Shown here piece by piece: positions 14,541-27,346 of a stretch of 64,000 nucleotides of DNA. The DNA lies in NCBI RefSeq assembly GCF_018977255.1, contig NW_024704742.1, forward strand, positions 50,284,001-50,348,000. Reading direction: 5' to 3'. The DNA comes from Callorhinchus milii. Taxonomy: Eukaryota. The notes beneath the pieces were generated by a model. It was given only the letters and a program-made list of their open reading frames with translations, had not been told where the DNA came from and made no database searches. Position numbers and translations under genes: made by a program. Within the stretch, counting starts at the first letter, position 1; the number at the start of each line of letters is the position of its first letter.

Positions 14541-16932
14541 GTATCTCCAGTATCTGCAGAAAATCTTTTGTAGGTATAAATGCTCCGGGACACGACCCTG
14601 CGTGAAGGGTGCTATATAAATCCAAGTTGTTGTTGTAATCCAAGCAAAATCCTACTTTAATCTTTTGCAGCATTCCACTGTACTAAATATCTATGAACTT
14701 CCATTACCCAGGTATGATTATTTTCATAAATGAACAATGTCAGCAAATGCAGATTTACTAATATTCAGAATGCTAAATGGTACTGGTCTTGCACATTGAA
14801 AAATCTTTAATATCCTAAAAACATTCTTGTACAACAAAACAATGAAGTGTTTCAATGCAAACCTGTTTTGTATCTGTTTTGTTGAAATGGAGACAGTTAC
14901 AAATATCATGCATTAATCAACGCTGCATTTATTAATGTATTTGTCAGGATTCTTGATGTTTTCTATTTTCTGGAAATAAAAAATAATCAATTGATTCAAA
15001 TTAGATAGATCACAGGAAGAAAGAAAAAAATCCAACTGTTTTGTTGCATGATTTTAAATTCTGATCATGTTCCATATTATTTCTCATCATAGATTCCAAG
15101 CATTCAACATAGTGTCACGTAACAATCCCCCCCACCCCGACATATATCGTGAAAGCCTTTTCTCATACAGTAGAGATGGGATGCTTGCGATCATTCCCAC
15201 TGCATTTTCTTAAGCAGTTGCCATTTTATTAGCCTTTTTGTGATGCAGTGCTTGGTTGAGTTCACCATGAGATGAACAAGATGTGCTTTCTCTATTGTCT
15301 ATTTATAGCAGTCTGTGCCCTTAGCATAAAATGTACTAAAAGCTCAAGTGGTCTTCGTATGAATTGAGCTTTGTTGCACTAAATATAGTTTTAGGCAATG
15401 TTTGGCCATTGTATTCAAGCATTTTGTTCAGTGAGGTAGCACAGTTCAATTCAATTTATTGCCCAGTTCAATTAAATTAATTCTGGAATGAAATTGAAAC
15501 AGGAAATTATTTCTTATCAGTTGTTATTCTCATTAGTGGCCTCAAAGTGCATTTTTAATTGTCAGTACAATGACTAATGTAAAGATGCATGCTAATTATG
15601 GTGTCCAATTGCCTAATTGAAGCAAAATAATAAAAGGACTATAAAAGCCAGCAGAGTGGGAAGACATGTTTTCAATGATTTCACCCCATAATATTCTTCA
15701 CTTTGACCTGATTTCACTACAGTCAGTGAGCATGGAACTGGCCTGTGCACACCATTCCTCAAGAACAAAGAACAATTCTGTCCCTGCTCTGTTTCAGGAT
15801 AGATCACAAGAGGGTGAAACAGGTCATAGCAAATGCACGATTTCCAGGTTGCTCTGCATAAAATTAACCTGCATCACTAAAGTGATATTTCTGAAAAGAT
15901 TCCTTAATAAGGAATCTGAGTCATGCTAACAGGGACTCTTACTGTTAACTTGAAATATGTCATGCTGACCCAGGCATTGAAGTAAATTCTAATTGTTTTT
16001 TTTATTAATTAAAAAAACCCACACATTAGCACCTAATATTTTGCTGGCATTATCACTGTTTTGCATGCCTAGCATTGCTGTTGTGTCTACATCCCAGTTT
16101 ACACTATCAATATTAATTACGCTCAGCTCACTAAAGCAGCACTTAACTGTACTCCCACACAGACAGAGCCACATCTTGTGGACAGAGCTCTGCTAAGGTT
16201 CTCTCCACAACCAGCACTAACATATTACCTCGATCTTGAAGCATGCAATACTATTGAACCTGTATATGTATGTTTTTGCCACATATAATGAACCATATAT
16301 GTGGCAAAAAAAATGGCATTATTGTGCATTATAGGAATACAGTTGAAGGAAGATATAAGCAAATTGCAGTAATGTGAAAAGCCTTGTAAGGATTCAAACA
16401 TACATATAATCTATCATAATTGGATCTCAAAATATATGCATTGACATAGAGGCAATGCAAATGAGTGAGATGTAATCAGAAATACAGTTAATTCCTTCTT
16501 ATCCTTTTTATAGACTGTGAGGTTTAATTTGAGATTTATTTGAACGTGAATTATAGCTCTGCTTCAAACTGTTACTAATTTTAGTTTGCATCTGTGATCC
16601 ATCCAAGCCTGTGTCTAAATGCTTTATAAGTGACAGCAAATTAGCCTGTGTTTCCTTTGTGTTTTGAATGCCTACTGTTTTTTTCCGAACACTTTCCTTC
16701 TTACACAGAATAATTTTCTTTCTGCAAATTTCTTATTTCTTAATTTGGAAAGCAATGTGAAAAGGCCAGTCATGACTCACCCCATCTTATGTTATACAAG
16801 TAGCTAGCAGCTATATCTGTCACACACTGATAATTATATCCATTTGATATTTTCTACATTAAGAAAATACAACCTGAAATGTAGACTTTTGTTAACGATA
16901 CAATCACAATAAAAATATTTCTGCTCCCTTGT

Positions 16933-17307
16933 TGAGTCCCGTAATTTAGTGGTTAGCGTGCTCACCTTATAAGCAAGAGGACCCAAGTTTGATTCCAGGG
17001 TGGAACAAAACCTTAGACAAGTTTCCTTACTCCACACACTCCTGCTCACCTAACAGCAAGTAGGAACTCGATTGTTAGTCAATTGGCGGATCACTTTCCA
17101 GGCATAATAATCCCTCAAGAAAAATGTGGTCTCTCAATCCATTACTGTTCATGGGACAGTGCTTTGCATAATTGGCTGCCGCATTTTGCCCACAAAATAC
17201 ACAGTCACTTTACTTTGCAATATATTGTATGAAGCTCTTTGAGGCATTGCAATGATGTAATAAGGTGGTATATCAAATGCAAAGATTATTATTATTTTAT
17301 TATTATT
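16933..17307 (+). mobile_element. tRNA-derived SINE, full length
   Basis: Same family as the 12417, 20481 and 44050 copies. Confidence 0.88.
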
Positions 17308-17447
17308 GTAAACTATGCCCTATATTCTAGAAGCCTCAAATAGGCACAACAATAAAAAGAATCAAAGATGTAACGATACAGTCTTAGAATTTCAATTTAC
17401 CATTAGGCTTTAGTTAATTTGTTTTATATAAAATTTCTAATCCAGAT

Positions 17448-17915
17448 TAACAACAACAACAAGATCACATTTGTATAGCACCTTTCACGTTGGGAGGACA
17501 TCCCAAGGCGCTGGACAGTGTACAGCATTTCCGACCTGAGCTGGGGTCAGGGGGGAGAAAGGAGAAGGGGGGTGACCAATGGCATGGTTGAAGAGTAGGG
17601 TTTTGAGGCGGGACTTGAAGGAGGCTAAGGAGGGGCCGAGGTGGAATGATTGGGGGATGGAATTCCAGAGGTTGGGGGCAGAGTGGCTGAAGGCTCTCCC
17701 GCCAATGGTGGGGCGGGTGGGTCGGGGGCCGTGGAGCAGGCCAGAGTCGGCTGAGCGGAGGGAGCGGGCAGATTGGTAGGGGGTTAGGAGGTCGCAGAGG
17801 TAGGGTGGGGCAAGGCCATGGAGGGCTTTGTAGTCGAGGACCAGGATCTTGAACTGGATCCTCTGAAGGATAGGGAGCCAATGGAGTCGGGCAAGAATGG
17901 GGAAGATGAGGTCGC
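17448..17915 (-). mobile_element. L2 3' fragment (relatively young)
   Basis: (AAC)n tail. The antisense strand encodes an LHWLP..RIQFKILVL-like segment. Confidence 0.88.
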
Positions 17916-18869
17916 AAATTAATAAATTAATTAATTAATTAAGATTAATTCAGCGAATAGGACTGTGATCCATAATATGTTTAGACATCCTATTGTGCAG
18001 AGATCAGGAACAAAAGCAACACTTGCAACAAGATGATATTTCTGTCTCCTGTTCTTGTTAATATTGAGGGTTGATCATTTGAGCATGGGCTCAGGAGATC
18101 ATGAGATCATGTATGCGCAGCTAATACCTGCTAATAGGTTATCAACACTACATAAACAGTAAGATTCCTCTGGTTTTATTTGTGGTATTTCTAAATGAAG
18201 AAATCTTGGTCAAATGCAAGAATGGCACGGGAACTCAAATCTATGGTTGGAGCACAGGTCACTTGATTCAGGATGACCTGTGTTATTGGAAGTACTTTCC
18301 ACTTGTTGATTACGTTTAGGAGCTTAGAGAGTGAGTGCATCGGCTCGGGAGAGGGAGAAGAGTCCATTAAGAAGTGCTACAAATTATACCACAAGGTGTC
18401 AGCCAGGCTCAGTTGGTAGCACTCCTGCGACTAACAACCGGGTTCCTACAGAGGCGTACACAAGGAATCTTATCTGAGGTTTCACCCCGCCAGGGATTCG
18501 AACCCGTGTCCTCATGCTTGTGAGGCGAGCATGCTAACCTCTACGCTATGGGACTCCACGAGTGGAGTAGAAATATTTGTATTGCTTTTTTTAGCATGAA
18601 CAAGAGCCTGCTTATTCAGGTAGTATTTTCTTATTGTGGAAAATATCATATGGATATAACTATCAGTTTGTGACAGATCCCTGGCAAGAATGTTGAAGGT
18701 TGAGTGTTGAAGGTTCAAGTGCACATTGGGACTTTGAGTTTATATTTAGGTTGACACTGCAGTGCTGGGGGCACCGTCCTTCAGATGAGAGGTTAAACTG
18801 AGGCCTTGTCTGCCTGCTTAAGTGGATATTAAAGATCCCATGATACCATTCGAAAAGAGAATATATACA

Positions 18870-19877
18870 TATATTTATATAAATGATCCTGAGGTAGATG
18901 TAAGGGATACAGTATAAAAAATTATGAATGGTACCAAGCTTGGAGGTATAGTGTATTGTGAGGAGGTTGGCAATAGATTGCAGAAGATCTTAAATAGATT
19001 GGAACAATGGATAAATCAGTGGCAGATGACATTTAATGAAGCAAGCTGTGAGCAGATTCATTTTGGCAGATATCCGAAATCATATAATCCTTACATTTGG
19101 TATAGTGCCTTGCACATCAGGAGGACAACCCAAAGCCCTTCAAAGGGCATACTGTAAAAAGTGCAGTAACTGTGTGTTTTGTGGCCGTGCAGCCCTGGGA
19201 GCAGAGGAGCAAAGAAGCTTGGGAGTGTAGGTGCATATGTTTTTTAAGTGGCAGTGCAAGCAGAAAGGGCTTGGGGAAAAAAGCTAATGGTATTCTGGAT
19301 TTTACACATAGAAGCGTAGAGTGCAAAAGTAAAGAAATAATGTCAAATCACTGGTTGGTCCGCAACTAGAGTACTACATTCAGTTTTGGCATCTCATTTC
19401 AGGAAGGATGTTAAAGCCTTAGAAAGGGTGCAGAAGAGGTTTACAAGAATTATACCAGGAATAAGGGCTTTTATTTATGCGGAGAGGTAGGAGTTGGGTC
19501 TATCTTCATTGGTAGGTTGAGAGGAGACCTGATAGAAGTGTACAAATTTATGAGGGATTTTGACAGGGTAAATAAGGAGAAGCTATTTTCACTAGTAGGG
19601 GAGTATATAAGTATACTTATAAGATAGTCACAAAAAGAACAAAAAAAGACCTTAGGAAAATTTATTTTCACACAGAGAGTTATCGGGATGCCGAATGCTT
19701 GCCAAATAATGTGGTAGAGGCAGAGGCAATTCTGGGATTCAAGAGGGAAGTAGACAGATAAAAAAAGAGACCTGAAGGGATATGAGGAGACTGGACAGTG
19801 GGATTGAATGAACAGCTTGCTCTGAGAGCCAATGCAGACTCAATGGCCTCCTTCTGTGCTGAAAATTTCTATGATTC
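18870..19877 (+). mobile_element. CR1-clade LINE 3' fragment, interrupted by an antisense L2/SINE tail at about 19085-19145
   Basis: GTKLGG.V..EE..RLQ..L.RL..W...WQM.FN RT segment, aggttgagaggagacctgatagaagtg, and tail ggcctccttctgtgctg..tttctatgattc. Confidence 0.88.
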
Positions 19878-20480
19878 ATTGAAGCTGCAACAGAAAATTC
19901 CCTTGGATAATGCAAAAAGAAAGTCAAGTTAGAATCAGGTGGTAAAATGACCTTTCCCCACTGTTACCCTGCCTACACACCTCATGAAACTGTGATGGTA
20001 ATTATCCACTAGACCTCAGAGACAAAATCAGAAACTTAGCATAAATCCAATTTCCACAGACACCAATAGGTAGAAAATTGTTACCATCAGCACTGATTTC
20101 ACCCAGGGTACCTTTGCTAACTTTCCGAGTGGTTTTACTGCGTCAATGAAACATTGCATTTCAAAGTCTTAATTTAAAAATAAGTGTTCGTCACATCTCG
20201 TGCCATTTTGGGAATGAGAAAGCTGCATCTTTCTTCTCAAAATAACGTTGTATTATGCACACGTACTGTGATGAATCATTTTGGATTGATTGGTGCCATC
20301 ATATTATGTACATGAGAAGAGTTGGAGGCTCACCACCATCTGATAGCTAAAAATAGCAATCTTTTGGCTATGGCTGTAAAATGGGATATCCCATTAAAAA
20401 GGTGTAAGGCAAAGGGCCATTTGCACTGTGTATAATAGTTCCTAGCTTTTCTTAAACTGCATTTGCAGGCCTAAAGTGTA

Positions 20481-20840
20481 GTGGAGTCCAATAACTTAGT
20501 GGTTAGAGCACTCGCCTCGCAAGCGAGAGGACCTGAGTTCAATTCCCAATCAAAGCAAAACGTTAGACACGTTTCCTTTCTCCACACACCACTGTTTACC
20601 TAGCTGTAAGTAGGACCCGATTGTTAGTCAATAGGCGGATCAATTTTCTGGGGATAATGATCCCTTCAAAAAATCAATCCACAACTTTGTGGGTCTCTGC
20701 TCTGTGCAATTATCTGCTGCATTTGGCCCACAAAATATACAGGCAATCCACTTTACAGTATATTTTATGAAGAGCTTTGAGACATCTCAAAGACTTGATA
20801 AGGAGCTATATCAAATACAAGGATTAATATTATATTATTA
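20481..20840 (+). mobile_element. tRNA-derived SINE, full length
   Basis: gtggagtcc...tagtggttagagcactcgcctcgcaagcgagaggacctgagttcaattccc head and (ATT)n tail. Confidence 0.9.
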
Positions 20841-21376
20841 AAGATCTGGAGTAGAAACATTTACAGGTAATGGTAATGACAGAGCTTCTTATATCACAAT
20901 ATAAATATTATAGTTTTAACCTTCACCCAGGTCAAACACTGAGCATTGCCGCTACAAGCAACATATAAAATAGCTTACCATTTATGTAATTGTGCAAAAC
21001 GATTTAGCACTTTGTGCTGTAAAATAGTTTTGCACCACTGCAAAACTGAATTAGATGTTGCCTCTAATTTGTAGTACATTCATATGCGTTTACAAGCAAA
21101 TTATTAATGAGTTTATGATATGAATTATGGTGCATTTTAGTTTGCAGCATGTTTTACTAAAGGAGAAGAGTGCAAGCATTCAACAATACTACTTTATCAC
21201 ATCTACTGAAATCCTGAAAGCACAATCAACAACTTTGCTATATAAAGTATAGTTACTACAACAACAACTATATTAAATAGCACCCCTCAGGCAGGATAGT
21301 GTCTTGGAGCATTGTAAATTATTGTAATGCTAAAATCTAAAATCCACCAATAATTTCCAAAAACAGATTTGACTTG

Positions 21377-21538
21377 ATGCAAAATACTGCTGATGCTGTC
21401 AATCTGAAACAAAAACAGAAGGCGCTGGGAACACTCAGCAAGTCAGGCAGCATCTATGAAGAAAGGAAAGTGAGTTCACGTTTTGGGTCCACTACCCTTC
21501 CTGACCTGCTGTGTGTTCCCAGCGACTTCTGTTTTTGT
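21377..21538. mobile_element. Penelope-like foldback element with 15-bp target-site duplication
   Basis: Inverted arms acaaaaacagaag.cgctgggaacac.cagca.gtcagg / cctgacctgctgtgtgttcccagcgacttctgtttttgt, flanked by aa(c/t)agatttgacttg. Related copies at 26905 and 42195. Confidence 0.65.
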
Positions 21539-22505
21539 AATAGATTTGACTTGGTTCAATTAAGAAACTGCCGATTTTAAACACTATAATTCATGGTAAT
21601 ATTAATCAAAGTATTACGTAGATGATTTGCAGTGCAGAACATGACTGTTTTTGCACAACTATTACGCTGAAGTGTCATTCCTCCTAGTAGTACAGCAAGA
21701 AGGTCTATTTATACATACCGCTCAATATCTCTGTAAATTAGACCTAATAACAACACCCAAAACCATCATCTATTTAATTAGTCCGGATTTATTTTGTTAC
21801 CCATCTTGTATTATTAACCGAAGGGCAATAGTCTAAGTTATTTATGAGCGGTGCGGAACCACAGACTTCAGTAGTTATTATATACAGACTTGCACCTCAT
21901 TCATGACTCCTGTTTGGTCCTTTCCAAGCTCTATACAGTGTAGTAAATGCAAGTTGTTGTTGTTACAGTGTAGTAATGTCTGAGAACTTCTCTCCAGCCC
22001 AGAATAGCTGGCTGATCCCCATTATTGCTGCCACAAGTACTTCTATAATGACCAGAGCAAAAGTTGTTTTATATCTCTCAATTGACCAAGGAGTCTTTAC
22101 ACTACACAATTGGATTATACCATCAGCTGCTATTAAGCATCATTACTGGGCATTGCAATCTTCAGCTTCATTGGACACCAGTAGATGGTGATTAAGGCAA
22201 GTGAAATCGAACTTGCTGATTTCAAGGTCCAAAGAATTGGTGCTGTTGCCAATTGCTATTTAGCCTAAAATACACTAAATGGAATTTCCTTACAATTCTC
22301 ATTAAAAACCCTGTTAGTAGCAATTCTGTCTCTTGGTATCATGCCAATAACCTGGTTGTTTACCAATGCATCTTACTGTCATGTTGTTCTATACATATCT
22401 CATTCTGCTTATCATTATTCTGGTAATTATCGTTATTGCTGCACAGTCAGTAAGAACTATTGCTGTCATCTGCACTGGATAGAATTCTGAAGCACGAAAT
22501 TCCAC

Positions 22506-22713
22506 CTAGCCTTCGCCTATCAAACCAAGTTGTCTTAAAATTTAAGATCCTAAGTTTTGTGGAAAAATCTTAAATTGATTTGTGATTTGGGAGTCGGTTT
22601 TCCACAATTCCACAAAAGAACTAGTTTTCAAATCACAAATATATTTAAGATTTTTCCACAATCCTGCAGACCCTTAAATTTTAAGATAACTTGGTTCCAT
22701 AGGCTACGACTGG
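22506..22713. mobile_element. MITE-like foldback element (about 90-bp inverted arms)
   Basis: gcctat.aaaccaagttgtcttaaaatttaag...tgtggaaaaatcttaaat..atttgtgatttg is mirrored at 22627-22704. Confidence 0.75.
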
Positions 22714-24139
22714 CCGGAATTAATAGTAGAGGCCAGGACAATGAGCACATTGAAAAAGCAGCTTGACCAGTGATGGGGGAGACAGTAGGGTGGGTATTCT
22801 GTTAGGGATGAGATCAGATGGGCCAAACAGTCTTCTTCATCCAGAGCAATCTTACGATCTTGTGAATACCAATATAAGCTGATTTCTTCTCCCTATTCCG
22901 GGGTCACCTTAGACAATTTTAACATATTTACCACTACCACAGGCACAGATTAAGCATTATCTTCCTGAGATCTTCCTGCCCTGCTATATACCACTTTGAA
23001 AACTTTTTAATATTTGTTAAGAAATTACAACAACTTTTATTTATTTCTATTGTGAATGCATTAATTCATGAAACCAAATCCATTCAAACTACATTGAAAA
23101 TGTGTGAATGTAACAAAGTGCAAGAAGCAAATACAACCTGGAAGTAGAACTATGCATGAAAATGATAGCCAGAAGGATAGCGTCTATTGTATAAGAGTAT
23201 TATTAATCACTGTATTAACAAAATCAATAACTTCACACTTTTTTGCAGCAGTATTGTTAATATGGTGCATTTTTTCAGAGAATACACACTGACAGTATTA
23301 CTATAGTTACAGAAAAAACAGTGCAATAATCAAGCAAATTTGCAGTTATCGAACCATCTGCAATCTATTTATATAAATCAGCCGAGTTGTGATGATGTGA
23401 CCAGCAGGAAACCACATAAGAAGGTTGAATAACTTCTTTAATCTCTGACCTATGCAATGTGGCAAAATAAACCAAACATTAGATAATGATAAAGGAAATA
23501 TATGTAGATGTGTAATCAGTCTTTGCAGCAAAAATGTAAAAAAAGAGAAAATTATTTAGATTGTACCCTGGCCTTTTAACAGGCCTTTGATAACAATATC
23601 TTGCTTCAGAACTATATATTCCTACATGTAAATAGGGGCTAATTGTGTCAGTGTCTGAAATTACTGAGACATAATGAAGCATTCTGAGACACTACTTGCG
23701 TGAAGGGCATTATATAAATGCAATATGTTGTGTTGTTGTTGACTCTGATTGGTATGTAGGATTGGTTTTCCAGAGAATTAGATCAAATGGCCAAAGAAGA
23801 TTCTTCATTCAAACTGTTATCTTGCATTTTCCTATTATAAAGATGTTTGGATCAGTATCAAAACTTCATCAAGACCATGAGACTCAAACTACTAAAAAAA
23901 ATCCCTTTCTTGTTTTGTACAATGTATCTACTTTTACCTAGATAACAACATTTTATATCATACACAATAGAATTATTCATTTCCGGCTACTCATCCTATT
24001 CTTGATTTGGTTATTAATTACAGGTTCTATCTTATCTGCCTTCGGTCCGGTTAAACTTTATTATTTCAAACTGGGTCTTTCTCCCAGTTATCCTAGTTGA
24101 TATCCTCCTCTGCTAACCTCCTCTTTCCCCATAGCAGTA

Positions 24140-24432
24140 CCCGCTGCCACTGTTCTTCTGGGTCCGGCATCCTCCGTGTCCCCCGAATCCTCCGCTCCAC
24201 CATCAGTGGCCGTGGCTTCAGCCACTACGCCCCAAAACTTTGCAACTCCCTCCCTCAACCCCTTCACCTCATCTCCTTCTTCCCCATTTTCAGGTCAGCC
24301 TGAAGACCTTCCTCTTCGACTGCCCCTACGGTCACCTTGCCCCTACCCCTGGCTCGGCCTTGGGCTCAGTCATTGTTAAGTGGTGACGCCACCCGGCGTG
24401 GAGGGCACTATATAAATGCAAGTTGTTGTTCT
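24140..24432 (+). mobile_element. L2 3' fragment
   Basis: GRGFSHYAPKLCNSLP, tail ggcactatataaatgcaagttgttgtt. Confidence 0.8.
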
Positions 24433-26439
24433 TATTGACTTTACTTTGTAAAGTGCTTAGAAATGTTTATTTTTACACAAAAGATACTATATATACTCAA
24501 GTTATTATTATCACTTTGTTTCCTTTCTAGGGCCCTGGTGCTATTCTATATTTTCCTGTTAAGAGGATGGTCATGAAGCTTACTGTGTTAAGAGCTATGG
24601 CCCAACTAAGATCTTGCACAAAAGCTGCTTTCAGCATTACTTTGTACCACTCGAACTACACAGGTTCTGTGATCCCTGACTTCCAGATTTCAATCATGCC
24701 ATTCTTTTGCTAAGTGGAAGCCAGTTACTTCTTAACAAAAAAAGAGAAAAACCTAGCATTCAGTGAAGTGATTTAATAGGGCCCTTTAGCTTGCTTCACG
24801 GAATTTAGAATAACCTGCCACAACATGATTCCATGGGGATCCAATTTGTGGTATTTGTTAATGGAAGCCCTTAATGAGGAACTCAAGTGAGGCAACTGGG
24901 GTCTCTTTCTGGTAATCAGCAATATATCATTCTGACTCCCGGGAACTCCATTCCAATGAAGTCCACTTTGGGAGTAGACTTAACGTAGTTCCCAATTCCA
25001 TTGGGGTTTCTTAATAAGGAATCAGGTCCAGAAATATCACCGATTAGACCACCTTGTCTTTTACTGGGTAGCAATAGAGGGAAGGAAACTGAGTTCCAGC
25101 TCCTGCAGCTTTGTACAACAACAGTAACTTGCATTTATATGCTGATTTATGATGCTCAATAATGGTGGGGTTAGACATTGAGTGATGGAGAGAGCGGGGG
25201 TTGACTATAGGTGCATTATATCTGTGAAGTGCTTTGAGAAATCCTCCCTATGTGAAAGGCGCCATATCAAATATAATTACAAGCACTACTCGTTTGTGAC
25301 ACAGGACAAGATCATTCATTGTTTAATTGTATGTCTCTCTCTTCCACAGTATTATCATAGTAAAAGACCAAAGGGTATAATTTGTGATATTTATGACAAG
25401 TCCTCAGCGTTTCCTAATGTTCGAATCTAAAACTGGGAATGTATGTTTACCGACCAATGGGGCCAACCAGCCACCTATGGGAATTCCCATTACAATTTTC
25501 ACCTTATTGTTCAATAGAATTTTTACTCCCAGGTGGAATATTGCATGTTATACCTTAATTATAAAACTCATTGGCACATTAATGTCACATCCATCAAACT
25601 ACTCTCATGCTTTGAGTTGGAGAGCAAATACAAGTGCTAATCAATTTCAGGTCTAGCTCATTAGATAGGATCATGTATCTTCTCAGAATTGGATTAAGCC
25701 AAACATAATGCCCATGTGGCAAAATTATATCCTATTTCTCAACAAATACAATACTTGGTGATCCAATTTTACAGCTGTTCTGCAACATCAGCATGAATCA
25801 CTTCAATCAGCACATCATTTTCTGATGCAAAAATTGTTTCAGATACAGTGGAGTGTAATTTGTGGTCTTTCTTAACAAAGTAGAGAGCTTGAGTTGTGCA
25901 AATGGGAACTACTTCTGGTAACTGAAAGTAGATCACACCATCCCTTGAGTACTCAGCTCCGACTCAATCTACTTGTGGAGCAGACAGCCCGCAGATCAAT
26001 GGGAATGCTAAAAGGGTTGCTTAATAAGGAATCCTTTTTAAGTAATACCACAAATTAGACAGCCTTCTTCCAATATTATTAATTCAACAGGAAAAATGCA
26101 TTGGTCAGAGGTTAATTTGAACAACAGTATTAATAACCTGTTATGAATACATAGGACATACCTAGTGTAGGCCAAATAAAATTACTATTTTTTTCACATT
26201 CAGTCATCAAGAGGGAATATTGACCTTTTCAGATCCCCAGGATGATGATGCTGCTACAGACAAAAGCACAAATCATAGCATTCTGGCAGGTTATTCACAT
26301 GTAAAAGATGCAAAAAGATTTTGCCAATTGAAATGAAACGTTGTGAGAACTGTGTGAATTTATAATTGCCTAAGTGAAGCAGAATCTAGAAATTGACTGA
26401 TACAAAACATGTTTTGATGCTGCCAATCATACTACTAAA

Positions 26440-27125
26440 TGTTTAGACTGTATTTAAGATGTCCCACACTTTGAGTGGTGTGTACTCTTTTGGGTATACC
26501 AATATAGGAAAGCTATTAAAGCAATAGAAAAAATAGCAGTGTAGAATAATTAGGTTGGTACAAGGCATGTGGGGTTCCAGTTACAAAGTCTTGAGAAATT
26601 ATTTTTTTCCCCTGGAGTTGAGAAGGTTAAGGGTGATATGAAAGAGATCTTCAAGATTATGAAAGATTATGATAGACTGAATAGTAATAGACTGTTTCTA
26701 TTGGTCAGCGAGTAACTAACAAGAGGCCCAAATTTAAGATAATCACAAAACAAATTAAATGGGAGGTCAGAAGAAATATATTTAAACAAAAGGTGGTGGC
26801 AATGTGGAATTCTCTGCCACAAACCATAGTTGAAGCTTAGCCCATCAAATATTTTAAAAGGGAATTCGATAAATCCTTGGAGAAGATAAATATTAATGGA
26901 TAATAAAAATATAAATCACTGGGAAGACTCATCAGGTCAGGCGGCATCTATGGAGAGAGGAAAGCGAGTTAACATTTCAGGTCAATGACCTTTTGTATTA
27001 TTATTAATGAATATTGGAGAGAGCAGGAGAGTGTGATGAGTTGGTCTCTGGTGGAGATAAACAACAGCACAGCTTTAATGGGCCAAATTGTCCTGTTTTA
27101 TGCAGTGACATTCTAGGACCTAGAA
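26440..27125 (+). mobile_element. CR1 3' fragment with a Penelope-like insert at about 26905-26992
   Basis: Similar to 19.3-19.87 kb. The insert matches the 21380 and 42200 elements. Confidence 0.8.
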
Positions 27126-27346
27126 TCTAGGTAATTATTCTATTTGGCCAATGCTACATGCACAATGCATAGTGCTAAACATATGTGGAAAAAGGATCTA
27201 GTAAAACCTTTATAGTAAGAACCTATATCAATTATGAGGCACAACCAACAAGTTGATCGTCACATAATATACAGTGGAGTGAATGAATTATATCATCTCA
27301 TAATTATCACTGGTGATAGTAACCAAATTTTTGAAATCTGCGATGC

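Noticed and set aside
11975..17917. Recurring ORFs MAWSKRRVLRRDL... and similar
   Set aside because: They are antisense or off-frame translations of L2 3' fragments.
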